This document shows positions 1 through 7,040 of a DNA stretch of 32,000 bases, piece after piece. Under the pieces are notes generated by a model that saw nothing but the letters and a program-made list of their open reading frames with translations, was not told where the DNA came from and made no database searches. The DNA lies in the NCBI RefSeq assembly GCF_000015805.1, contig NC_009073.1, positions 1,290,001 through 1,322,000 on the forward strand, given 5' to 3'. The translations under genes and the position numbers were made by a program. Numbering within the stretch: position 1 is the stretch's first letter; the number at the start of each line of letters is the position of its first letter. Origin of the DNA: Pyrobaculum calidifontis JCM 11548. Lineage in GTDB: Archaea; Thermoproteota; Thermoprotei; Thermoproteales; Thermoproteaceae.

Positions 1-57
1 AAAAAAGACATCGAAGAGGTCGTGGCTCGGATAAGGCGACTGGCCTCCCAGGGCTAG
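1..57 (+). CDS. 3' end of an unidentified CDS entering from upstream (..KKDIEEVVARIRRLASQG*)
   Basis: The frame is open from base 1 to the TAG at 55-57. The fragment is too short to assign a function. Confidence 0.3.
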   Translation, partial: KKDIEEVVARIRRLASQG

Positions 58-132
58 TTCTGCAATCCGCCGTCTCTTCACCCCTCAGTGGCTCAAGTTG
101 TCAACACCGGGAAAAAAGTGAGTGGGTTTTAA

Positions 133-1332
133 TTATTCTTGAGTGACGGGCCACTTGACGAGTCTCTCCGCGGCGTTTTCCAACACTACAGCCGCCTTGA
201 CGGAGGTGGGCGGGGATGTCTGCGGAGTCGGCGGCGGGGGAGGCGCCGCCTGCCTCTTCCTAGTCAACACAAGCGCTATGACGAACAACAGCGCCACGCC
301 CAGGGCCGTGGCCAAGTTTATGGCCCATGTGAAGCCCGTGTTGAGCTCGGAGTACCTGCTCTGGAGGAGCTGTTTCTCCTGTTGCACCTGTTCGTATGCC
401 CTGGAGAGCTCGGAGTATTGGCCGCTCAGCCTATTGTAGTCCGCGCTTAGGGAGAGGTACTTGTCTCTCAGCTGGCGCTCCTCGGCCTGTAGCTCTTCGT
501 ACCTCTTCTGGAGGTCGGCGAGTCGGGCCTGCAAGTCCGCTATCTGCCTCTGCGCGTCTGTGTACTGGCCGGACAGCTTGTCGTAGGCCGCCTTCAACTC
601 GTCGAGTTGCCTCTTGGCGTCGGCCAGCTGGGCCTCCACGGCGGCCTTGGCCTGGCTCACCGCGTTGAGCTGGGCCTGCGTCTGCTCCAGCTGGGCCCTA
701 AGCGCGTCGCGCTCGGCCCTCACCTGGGCCAGCGCGGCGGAGAGCTGATTTGCGTCAGCCCGCGCGGCGGCCAGAAGCGCGGTGAGGTTTGCGACCTGGG
801 CCTCCCTCTGCTTCAACTGCCTCTGGAGGTCCGCGATCTGGGCCTTGAGCTGGTCCACCAGGGCGGCCAGCTCCTTGACCTTGGCATCCAGCTGGGCCGC
901 CCTAGCCGCGAGGTCTTCGTAGGTGGTGGGGAGCACTCTGCCGATGTAGTACTGGTACGACCACGTGGCGTTGGGCATGTAGACGTATATCTCGAGGAGT
1001 ATCAGGGGGTCTACCCTCCGTTGCGGGCAGTAGTTGAACGTGGTGGCAATCTGCTTAGACTCGCCCTTGGCCAGAGAGAAGCCTGAGTAAGACCGCGAAG
1101 TCACCGTGGGGACGTAGGTGCCCTCCTCGAAGAACTTGACCTTTATCTCCACCTTGTTCACAGTCACGGGGTCCAGCGCCTTTATATTCACAGTGACGCC
1201 GTAGTCGGTGCAGAAGAGCCACTGGTCTGTCCTAGTCACCCACACCTCTATGGGAGGCGAGGTGAAGTGGTCGGTGAGCATGCCGGCCCAGGCCAACGCG
1301 GCCGCCACCAGCGCCAACAGCCAGTACCTCAT
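133..1332 (-). CDS. Membrane-anchored long coiled-coil protein: N-terminal signal/TM, beta-rich domain of about 115 aa, A/Q/L/R-rich coiled coil of about 195 aa, C-terminal TM, Pro-rich tail
   Basis: Taken from the 406-aa ORF. The N-terminus has the hydrophobic stretch MRYWLLALVAAALAWAG. A heptad-like region runs from LAARAAQLDAKVKEL to QSRYSELN. A second TM (WAINLATALGVALLFVIALVL) is followed by RKRQAAPPPPPTPQTSPP. I place the start at ATG 1332 because the TATA box at 1354-1361 lies at leaderless spacing; the track start at 1353 is a TTG inside that TATA. Confidence 0.75.
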   Translation of the reverse strand: MRYWLLALVAAALAWAGMLTDHFTSPPIEVWVTRTDQWLFCTDYGVTVNIKALDPVTVNKVEIKVKFFEEGTYVPTVTSRSYSGFSLAKGESKQIATTFNYCPQRRVDPLILLEIYVYMPNATWSYQYYIGRVLPTTYEDLAARAAQLDAKVKELAALVDQLKAQIADLQRQLKQREAQVANLTALLAAARADANQLSAALAQVRAERDALRAQLEQTQAQLNAVSQAKAAVEAQLADAKRQLDELKAAYDKLSGQYTDAQRQIADLQARLADLQKRYEELQAEERQLRDKYLSLSADYNRLSGQYSELSRAYEQVQQEKQLLQSRYSELNTGFTWAINLATALGVALLFVIALVLTRKRQAAPPPPPTPQTSPPTSVKAAVVLENAAERLVKWPVTQE

Positions 1333-1353
1333 GCCCCATTTTACCTCATGCAA

Positions 1354-1361
1354 ATATAAAA
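1354..1361 (-). promoter_or_regulatory. TATA box (minus-strand TTTTATAT) for the coiled-coil gene
   Basis: An A/T octamer in GC-rich context lies about 22-29 bp upstream of ATG 1332, immediately after the stop of the upstream permease gene. Confidence 0.55.
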
Positions 1362-1369
1362 GTTACCCC

Positions 1370-2251
1370 CTACCCCCGCCCTCTGAAGCCCACGGCCAAC
1401 AGAAGCGCGAGGACCAGCCCCAGGGCCGCGCTTGGCCAAAGCCACGGCAGTGCCGTGTACAAGAAGTGTGCAACGGCCGCCGACAGCACGCCGAAGGAGG
1501 TGGAGAGGGGGATTTGGTCGAGGAGGCGCTTGCTCTGCCTAGCCGCAACTGCGCCCGGCATTACTAAGAGCACCGCCGGCATCAAGGCGCCGAGGGCGTA
1601 GATGCCCGCCGCCGCGGCTATAGACATGGAGAAGACGTAGCCGAAGTCGTACAACCCCACGCGGATTCCCACGGCCCGGGCATACTGTTCATCCACCGCG
1701 GCGTAGAGGTACTTTACCCCAAACGCTAAAGGGAACACCGCCGCGGCCGCCAGCAGGGGGGCCTGCTGCGCCACGTCTCTAGGCGTAATCAACACGTACT
1801 CCCCCGTCAACACCGCGAGGGGGTCCACAACGGCGGCGTATACTAGCCTCACTAGGTATAGGAGGGCCACCGTGGCCGACACTTGCAACGACATGACTAC
1901 GCCGGTGGCCACGTCGCGGGCATACCCGAGCCTTTCCACCGCGAGCACGGCGAAGTTTAACAAAACCATGGCCACTAGGGTAAAGGCCAGGAAGAGCGGC
2001 GACGAGAGCCCTGCCCCAAGCGCGGCGGCGGGGATGGCTGCCAGTAGAGAGGCCGTCAATATGCTGTGGGCTTGGGCGTGGGCGAGGAATGTCATCCTCC
2101 TGCTCAAAGCCATGGGGCTGTGGGCCGCCAGCACCGCCGACGAAGCCATAAGCGAGACCAAGGGCCAGAAGAGCAACGGAGCAACGAAGTAGGCGTGCAC
2201 AAGCGCCGCCGCGGCCAGAACAGCCGCAGAGACCTCAATGAGGATGCGCAT
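1370..2251 (-). CDS. Metal (Zn/Mn-type, ABC-3 family) ABC transporter permease
   Basis: The protein is polytopic and hydrophobic. It resembles ZnuB-type permeases (LTGEYVLITPRDV, LLVMPGAVAARQ). I place the start at ATG 2251 (MRILIEV..), which overlaps the stop of the upstream ATPase. The longer ORF extension has no membrane-protein character. Confidence 0.75.
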   Translation of the reverse strand: MRILIEVSAAVLAAAALVHAYFVAPLLFWPLVSLMASSAVLAAHSPMALSRRMTFLAHAQAHSILTASLLAAIPAAALGAGLSSPLFLAFTLVAMVLLNFAVLAVERLGYARDVATGVVMSLQVSATVALLYLVRLVYAAVVDPLAVLTGEYVLITPRDVAQQAPLLAAAAVFPLAFGVKYLYAAVDEQYARAVGIRVGLYDFGYVFSMSIAAAAGIYALGALMPAVLLVMPGAVAARQSKRLLDQIPLSTSFGVLSAAVAHFLYTALPWLWPSAALGLVLALLLAVGFRGRG

Positions 2252-2957
2252 AGTCCTCTGTGACACACACGTAGCTCCCCCCAACCTTCGCCACGCGGAC
2301 GTAGCTATACACTTTGGACAAGACCTCCTCCTGTAGAACTTCGTCAAGGGATCCGTAGGCCACCACTCTCCGGTTGAGCAACAAGACCTTGTCCGCCAAG
2401 TCTGAGGGGAGTGTGAGCTCGTGAGAGGCCATTAGAATCGTCCTCCCCCTCTTCAGCTCTCTGAGCAGTGTGAGAAGCTCCAGCCTCCCCTGCGGATCCA
2501 CATTGGCCAAGGGCTCGTCCAAGAGCAAGATGTCCCCGCCCGCCGCGAGGGCCCTTGCTATGGCGGCCCTCTGCCGCTGGCCCCCCGACAGCGCGGAGAG
2601 CGGCCTATCCGCCAAGTCCGCCATCCCCACCTCCTCCAAAGCCGCCTTAGCAACCTCGGGCGGAATGCCGCGGAACTTGGCCGGCAGATAGACGTACTCC
2701 CACACAGTTGCGTCTCTCCCCACCTCCAGCGCTTGCGGGACGTAGCCAACCCTCTTCACCCTCTCTGGGCCGCATACCCCCTCTACACAGATCTCGCCCC
2801 GGTACTTCACCAGGTTTAAAACTGCCAGGAAGAGGGTGGTCTTCCCCGCGCCGTTGGGACCCACCACGAGCACAAACTCCTTCCCCACGTCGAAAGTCAC
2901 GTCCTCAAGAACCGCCTTGCCCCCTCTGTACACGTAGAGGTTCTTCACCGTGAGCAC
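2235..2957 (-). CDS. ABC transporter ATP-binding protein (ZnuC-like)
   Basis: It carries Walker A GPNGAGKTT, the signature LSGGQRQR and Walker B LLLDEP. The start is ambiguous. GTG 2957 (MLTVKNLYV..) fits leaderless spacing from the ATTTAAAT element at 2976-2983; alternatives are ATG 2975 and GTG 2987. Confidence 0.85.
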   Translation of the reverse strand: MLTVKNLYVYRGGKAVLEDVTFDVGKEFVLVVGPNGAGKTTLFLAVLNLVKYRGEICVEGVCGPERVKRVGYVPQALEVGRDATVWEYVYLPAKFRGIPPEVAKAALEEVGMADLADRPLSALSGGQRQRAAIARALAAGGDILLLDEPLANVDPQGRLELLTLLRELKRGRTILMASHELTLPSDLADKVLLLNRRVVAYGSLDEVLQEEVLSKVYSYVRVAKVGGSYVCVTEDYAHPH

Positions 2958-3047
2958 AGCAGGTACTTGAACCATATTTAAATGCACAGAACCGCCGCGA
3001 TCTACGCCGCGGCGTGCACAGAAATAAATACGTGGCTCAGCGGGGCT
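2958..3047. promoter_or_regulatory. Divergent promoter region between the ABC ATPase and the eIF-2B-like gene
   Basis: The palindromic ATTTAAAT at 2976-2983 lies 26 bp from GTG 2957 on the minus strand. AAATAAATA at 3022-3030 lies 26 bp upstream of GTG 3048 on the plus strand. Confidence 0.45.
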
Positions 3048-3824
3048 GTGAAAGAGCTGGAGAGGGAGTGGGTCAGGGGAGCCTCTTGGTACATCGATAA
3101 GGCGCTTGACATAGTGGCCTCTTCGCCCGACCCGTTGCGCGCGGCTGAGGCGGTGAGGAGGGTTAGGCCGGGCATGGGGCCTCTCGACGTGTTGTATCTG
3201 ATAGTGGCTGAGGCGGTGGAGAGGGGGGCCGACGTGGGGAAGGCCTTGGCCAAGCTTAGGGAGTACATATCCCTGGCCCGCCGCAGGCTAGACGCCTCGG
3301 TGAAGGCCTTGGGGTGCCCCAGGGCAGTGGCCACGGTGAGCTTCAGCAGAGCCGTGGCTAGGCTTTTGGAGGCCAAGGCGCACTGCGTTGAGGTGGTGTA
3401 TCTAGCCGAGAGCAGGCCCGGCCTCGAGGCGCTGGAGGCGGCCAAGACGTACGGCAGGAGAGTAGTGGTTGTGCCAGACTCCGCCGTGGGGGCCTTCGAC
3501 TACGACCTAGCAGTGGTGGGGCTAGACGGGCTCTACGAAGACTATGCGTTTAACAAGGTGGGGTCACTGCCCCTGCTGGCCTCTGCGAAGGCGCGGGGCA
3601 TCCGCACGGCGGCTGTCTTCGAGAGCTACAAGGCGGCGCCCATCCCTGCCCCCGAGCCGCTTAGAGTAGCCGCGGAGACTCCGCTGGGGGCCGTGGAAGT
3701 GCCACTCTTTGACAAAATCCCGCCCAGCGTCTTCGACCTATTTATCACAGACCTGGGCCTCCTCTCCCCGGCCCCGCCCCGGGTCTTCTACGCAGAGTTA
3801 AGTTCATATATATTTGCCCAGTAG
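3048..3824 (+). CDS. eIF-2B alpha/beta/delta-like family protein (initiation factor 2B-related)
   Basis: Family-typical motifs are present: SFSRAVARLL (compare the eIF2B-alpha pattern YSRVV), VVGLDGLYEDYAFNKVGS, and a C-terminal ITD/G segment. The start is uncertain: GTG 3048 fits TATA spacing, and the track ORF starts at ATG 2982. Confidence 0.6.
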   Translation: MKELEREWVRGASWYIDKALDIVASSPDPLRAAEAVRRVRPGMGPLDVLYLIVAEAVERGADVGKALAKLREYISLARRRLDASVKALGCPRAVATVSFSRAVARLLEAKAHCVEVVYLAESRPGLEALEAAKTYGRRVVVVPDSAVGAFDYDLAVVGLDGLYEDYAFNKVGSLPLLASAKARGIRTAAVFESYKAAPIPAPEPLRVAAETPLGAVEVPLFDKIPPSVFDLFITDLGLLSPAPPRVFYAELSSYIFAQ

Positions 3825-3829
3825 GAGGT

Positions 3830-4114
3830 GTGCTGTGTAGAGAGGTGGCGCCAAAGGTGATATACAAGCTGGGCGAGGAGGTATACATCGCCAGCGTAGA
3901 GAGGCGCGGCCCCTGGATATACGCCGTGTGCTACGTCCGCTATCAGACAGAGCGGGAGGAGTGCTACCAAGTGGTGCTCAAGCTAAAGGCCGGCACCCGC
4001 TACTTCCTCGGCCGGTGCGACTGCCGCGACTTTAAGTACAGAGGAGGGCCTTGTAAGCACATCGTGAGGGCAAAGGTGGCCCTTAGGGAGTACTCAAAGC
4101 TGAAGGCCAAGTAG
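3830..4114 (+). CDS. Stand-alone SWIM-type zinc-finger protein
   Basis: The motif CDCRDFKYRGGPCKH matches the SWIM signature CxCx(n)CxH. A GGAGG element sits at 3824-3828 just upstream. The exact start is uncertain. Confidence 0.7.
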   Translation: MLCREVAPKVIYKLGEEVYIASVERRGPWIYAVCYVRYQTEREECYQVVLKLKAGTRYFLGRCDCRDFKYRGGPCKHIVRAKVALREYSKLKAK

Positions 4115-4918
4115 CTACCGCTTCGCCAGCTCTTTCACCAGGGAGGCGATTTCCCCAGCCACGTCTATCCCCGTGACGCGTTGGACGTTTTTAAACTCGG
4201 GCACACCGTTTACCTCAAGCACCACGTACCCCCTCGGCGTCTCCACCACGTCTACCCCCGAGTAGAACGTCCCCACGGCCTTGTTCGCCTTCACGGCCAC
4301 CTCCTCCAGCTCGGGATCTATCTTGACGGGCTCCGCCTTGCCTCCCCTCGCGGTGTTTGTCCGCCAGTCGGCGGAGTTTATGCGGTATATGGCCGCCACT
4401 GCCCTCTCCCCCACCACCGTCACCCTAATGTCGCGGCCCGGCTTCTCCAGGTACTCTTGGACCAGATAGAGGTGGAGGCCGCTCTCCATGGCTAGCCTCT
4501 GCGCCACTATGGCCTCCAAGTCCTCGGGCGACTTGGCCAAGCTGACGAAGCGCCCCCAAGATCCGTCGGTGGGCTTTACGATGACTGGGTAGCCCAGCTT
4601 CTCCGCCGCCGCCTTGGCCCCCTCTAGGCCGAAGGCCAGGAAGGTCCTGGGCGTCGGGACCCCGGCGTCTCGGAGGCGGAGGTAGGTGAGGTACTTGTCG
4701 TGGGAGACCTCGAGGGACTGGGCGGTGTTTATGGAGAGGCCGCCCCTGGCCTCGTAGGTGTGTGCCACGGGCACGACTCTGGACCTGGCCGCCAGCCTTA
4801 TCACGCCTACTTGTCCCACATCGTCGGGGGCGAGGAAGGACTCGGCGTGTAGAACTCTCACCGAGAGGCCGGCCGCCTGTAGCGCGTTTATGAGGAGCTT
4901 CTCGTCGAGCCGCGCCAA
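4115..4918 (-). CDS. ATP-grasp ligase of the LysX/ArgX/RimK family (candidate amino-group-carrier-protein ligase)
   Basis: It resembles LysX over its whole length (GYPVIVKP..GSWGR, QEY(L/V)EKPGRDIRV.VVGERA.AAIYR, W.TNTARGG, EVN...EFKN). The track start is a TTG, but LysX-like sequence (IDFVYD) continues upstream of it; see the finding on a disrupted start at 4939-4944. Confidence 0.8.
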   Translation of the reverse strand: MARLDEKLLINALQAAGLSVRVLHAESFLAPDDVGQVGVIRLAARSRVVPVAHTYEARGGLSINTAQSLEVSHDKYLTYLRLRDAGVPTPRTFLAFGLEGAKAAAEKLGYPVIVKPTDGSWGRFVSLAKSPEDLEAIVAQRLAMESGLHLYLVQEYLEKPGRDIRVTVVGERAVAAIYRINSADWRTNTARGGKAEPVKIDPELEEVAVKANKAVGTFYSGVDVVETPRGYVVLEVNGVPEFKNVQRVTGIDVAGEIASLVKELAKR

Positions 4919-4965
4919 GTCGTAGACAAAGTCAATTTCCCCATGCCACCGGGAGATTGCCCCCC

Positions 4966-4973
4966 TATAAAAA
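4966..4973 (-). promoter_or_regulatory. TATA box (minus-strand TTTTTATA) for the LysX-like gene
   Basis: It lies 29 bp upstream of the minus-strand ATG at 4944-4942, which is leaderless spacing. Confidence 0.5.
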
Positions 4974-5005
4974 TTTGACTATTATCTCAATATTCCACAA
5001 CGCCC

Positions 5006-5012
5006 TTATATA
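5006..5012 (+). promoter_or_regulatory. TATA box (TTATATA) for small membrane protein 1
   Basis: It lies 26 bp upstream of ATG 5032. Confidence 0.5.
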
Positions 5013-5031
5013 CAGATGCAGACTTAGAGAT

Positions 5032-5232
5032 ATGAAGAGCGGCGTCGTGAAAGCCCTAGCTTTTGCGTCCATTGCCCTGGGCGGGCTGACTCTCGTCTCC
5101 ACGTTGAGCAACCCCTCTCTAGACCCCCTAATCCTCACCCGCGACCTAGGCCTCTCTATCACGGCGCTTTCCCTGGGATTCGCCGCGCCCATTTTACACA
5201 GGAAGTTCACAGAGTCTCAAGAGGAAGTTTAA
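5032..5232 (+). CDS. Small two-TM membrane protein, paralog 1 (66 aa)
   Basis: The sequence is MKSGVVKALAFASIALGGLTLVSTLSNPSLDPLILTRDLGLSITALSLGFAAPILHRKF.. It has two hydrophobic helices and is clearly paralogous to the next ORF. The start was chosen by TATA spacing. Confidence 0.6.
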   Translation: MKSGVVKALAFASIALGGLTLVSTLSNPSLDPLILTRDLGLSITALSLGFAAPILHRKFTESQEEV

Positions 5233-5235
5233 ATA
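5228..5235 (+). promoter_or_regulatory. TATA box (TTTAAATA) for small membrane protein 2
   Basis: It lies 27 bp upstream of ATG 5255 and overlaps the stop codon of paralog 1. Confidence 0.5.
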
Positions 5236-5254
5236 GACCCCCGTTTTACGTTTC

Positions 5255-5443
5255 ATGGTCAGCAAGCCGGTGGTATACGCCTTAAGCGCAGTGGCGGTGG
5301 TGCTGGGGCTCCTCTTCCTCGTAGACTCCATCTCCTCCCCCTCCCTAGACCCCGCAATCCTAATCCGCAACTTGGCCACAGCTGTTTTAGCAATAGCCCT
5401 TGGAATAGCGGCGCCGCTCCTCATAAAGAGGTTCCAGGAATAA
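5255..5443 (+). CDS. Small two-TM membrane protein, paralog 2 (62 aa)
   Basis: The sequence is MVSKPVVYALSAVAVVLGLLFLVDSISSPSLDPAILIRNLATAVLAIALGIAAPLLIKRFQE. It shares the pattern SPSLDP.IL.R.L...A..LG.AAP.L with paralog 1. Confidence 0.6.
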   Translation: MVSKPVVYALSAVAVVLGLLFLVDSISSPSLDPAILIRNLATAVLAIALGIAAPLLIKRFQE

Positions 5444-5452
5444 ACGATATAC

Positions 5453-5460
5453 ATTTAATA
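5453..5460 (+). promoter_or_regulatory. TATA box (ATTTAATA) for the 73-aa ORF
   Basis: It lies 26 bp upstream of ATG 5479. Confidence 0.45.
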
Positions 5461-5478
5461 CCCGGGTAATATTGACCC

Positions 5479-5700
5479 ATGCAGTTTAAAGAATTCCTCC
5501 GCCAACTGGAGCCCCCGCTTAGCTACTACATAAGCTATGCCATGAAGAAGAGGGGGTACGCCCTTGAGGACGTGGAAGAGGATAAGGCGATGGAGTTGTT
5601 GGTCAAGGCGGTGGGTCCCCACGTGGCTGAGGTGTTGTACTCCATGTACCTAGAATGCCTGCGGGGCAGGAGGAGGGCGGAGGCTTTGGCAATAAGCTAG
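5479..5700 (+). CDS. Hypothetical small soluble protein (73 aa)
   Basis: The ORF has a correctly spaced TATA box. I recognise no motif in it. Confidence 0.45.
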   Translation: MQFKEFLRQLEPPLSYYISYAMKKRGYALEDVEEDKAMELLVKAVGPHVAEVLYSMYLECLRGRRRAEALAIS

Positions 5701-5906
5701 CGCTTCACGGCTTTTACCAAGTGGGCTTCTCCCTCTTTGCCGACTTCTACCACTGCGTAGCCGAAGAGGGGTAAGACGAGGCGGAGGACTTTTACACAGT
5801 CCTCGTCGGGGGTCTTCACCACTATTTCGCTGGGCGACTTCTCCTGTATGTAGGCCACCACGCGGAGGGAGCCCTCGGGGCAGCCGGGCACCTCCAGCAC
5901 TGTCAT
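5697..5906 (-). CDS. Hypothetical 69-aa protein translationally coupled to the polyferredoxin
   Basis: ATG 5906 overlaps the polyferredoxin stop in an ATGA arrangement. The protein starts MTVLEVPGCPEGSLRVVAYIQEK.. and has no recognisable motif. Confidence 0.5.
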   Translation of the reverse strand: MTVLEVPGCPEGSLRVVAYIQEKSPSEIVVKTPDEDCVKVLRLVLPLFGYAVVEVGKEGEAHLVKAVKR

Positions 5907-7012
5907 AGCCTCTTTAGGCGGCACTCTTCGCACAAGTAGACGTGGTCGTGGGGCAGTCCAGCCGATTTAAGCCTCTCCGCTATCTTCCGAGCGGCGGCCT
6001 CCGTGTAGGGCAGGGACTTGCCGCAGGAGGAGCAACGCGCCGGGGCGTCTCGGAAGAGGGTCTTACGCTCATATGGCGCCGGGCTGGGGCTCTCTGAGAC
6101 CCGCATCACGCCCTCGGGGCACTTCTCTGCGCATAGCCCACACCCAATGCAGAGGGCGGGGACTATCCTCAGCTCAAACTCCCGGAGGGAGAGGGCGTCG
6201 GTGGGGCACACGTTGACGCAAGCGCCACAGAGAGTACACCCCTGGAGCACCTCTACGTTGCCCACGGGCATTCCCACCGCGGCGGCCAACATCCTGCTCT
6301 GCCACCTGCCCCCCGGCTCTAGCGGCTTCACCTCGCTCTTTACCACGAAGTCTTTACCCTCCCGCGCCAAGCCGCGTCCCCACCTCTCCGCCGCCGGCCA
6401 CAGGGGGCATGACTCGCCCAGTGCGCAGTGGGCACTCGCCTCCCCGTGCCTAGCCGCGGCTAGGTAGAGGTACTGCCTGGGAATTGCGGCAATGCACTTC
6501 ACCCTGACCCCCTCCTCGTCCTCTAGCTCAAAGGCGTAGTCACAGATGAACTTCAGCGAGCCCGGCGAAGTCTTTACCAAGTCGGCTAGGTAGCCGTCGG
6601 GGAGCGACGGCATCTGAATGGCCTCCACTGGGCACACCGCGTTGCACAGCCCACAGTCGGCGCAGAGGCCGTAGTCCACTTCCACGTACTTGCGCTCTGC
6701 GTACTTCACGGCGGAGAAGGGGCAGGCCTTGGCACATATGCCGCACCAGATGCACTTGCCGGAGTCCGCCACTACGGTGTCTCTAAGCCTTATGAAGCCC
6801 CCCGTCAAGAGGTCCCGCCTAGTGGCTACCCGGCTCTCTGCGGGGGGCAACCTCTCCCAACGCGCCTCCTCTAGGTGGCGCTCTGCCACAGACTTAAACC
6901 ACTCGCCGTGCGGCCCCCTGTAGGCGAAGTAGAGCGGGGCCTTGGAGAGGAGGTCCGCCAGGCGGGCTCTCCCAGAGGCGACGACAACGGAGGGCTTATC
7001 CCTATTGATCAC
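5903..7012 (-). CDS. Polyferredoxin-like protein with four 4Fe-4S motifs and a C-terminal CxxC..CxxC zinc ribbon
   Basis: Four CxxCxxCxxxCP motifs are present: CIWCGICAKACP, CADCGLCNAVCP, CTLCGACVNVCP and CIGCGLCAEKCP. The C-terminus reads CSSCGK..(31 aa)..CEECR. The GTG start at 7012 has its own TATA box. Confidence 0.8.
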   Translation of the reverse strand: MINRDKPSVVVASGRARLADLLSKAPLYFAYRGPHGEWFKSVAERHLEEARWERLPPAESRVATRRDLLTGGFIRLRDTVVADSGKCIWCGICAKACPFSAVKYAERKYVEVDYGLCADCGLCNAVCPVEAIQMPSLPDGYLADLVKTSPGSLKFICDYAFELEDEEGVRVKCIAAIPRQYLYLAAARHGEASAHCALGESCPLWPAAERWGRGLAREGKDFVVKSEVKPLEPGGRWQSRMLAAAVGMPVGNVEVLQGCTLCGACVNVCPTDALSLREFELRIVPALCIGCGLCAEKCPEGVMRVSESPSPAPYERKTLFRDAPARCSSCGKSLPYTEAAARKIAERLKSAGLPHDHVYLCEECRLKRL

Positions 7013-7030
7013 ACACGTACGCCTACACGT

Positions 7031-7038
7031 GTATATAA
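7031..7038 (-). promoter_or_regulatory. Internal TATA box (minus-strand TTATATAC) for the polyferredoxin gene
   Basis: It lies 26 bp upstream of GTG 7012, in the 28-bp gap after the CoA-transferase stop. It is adjacent to the perfect palindrome ACACGTGT at 7025-7032. Confidence 0.5.
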
Positions 7039-7040
7039 CA

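Noticed and set aside
139-1567. Several plus-strand ORFs of 90-160 aa opposite the coiled-coil gene and the permease 3' end.
   Set aside because: They are the antisense of an Ala/Gln/Leu-rich repeat region and give Arg/Gly/Pro-rich nonsense. None has a TATA box at leaderless distance.
1370-2347. The full 325-aa version of the permease ORF, starting at 2347.
   Set aside because: The first 32 residues are basic and non-hydrophobic, and they overlap the ATPase C-terminus. ATG 2251 gives the usual operon overlap and a ZnuB-like N-terminus.
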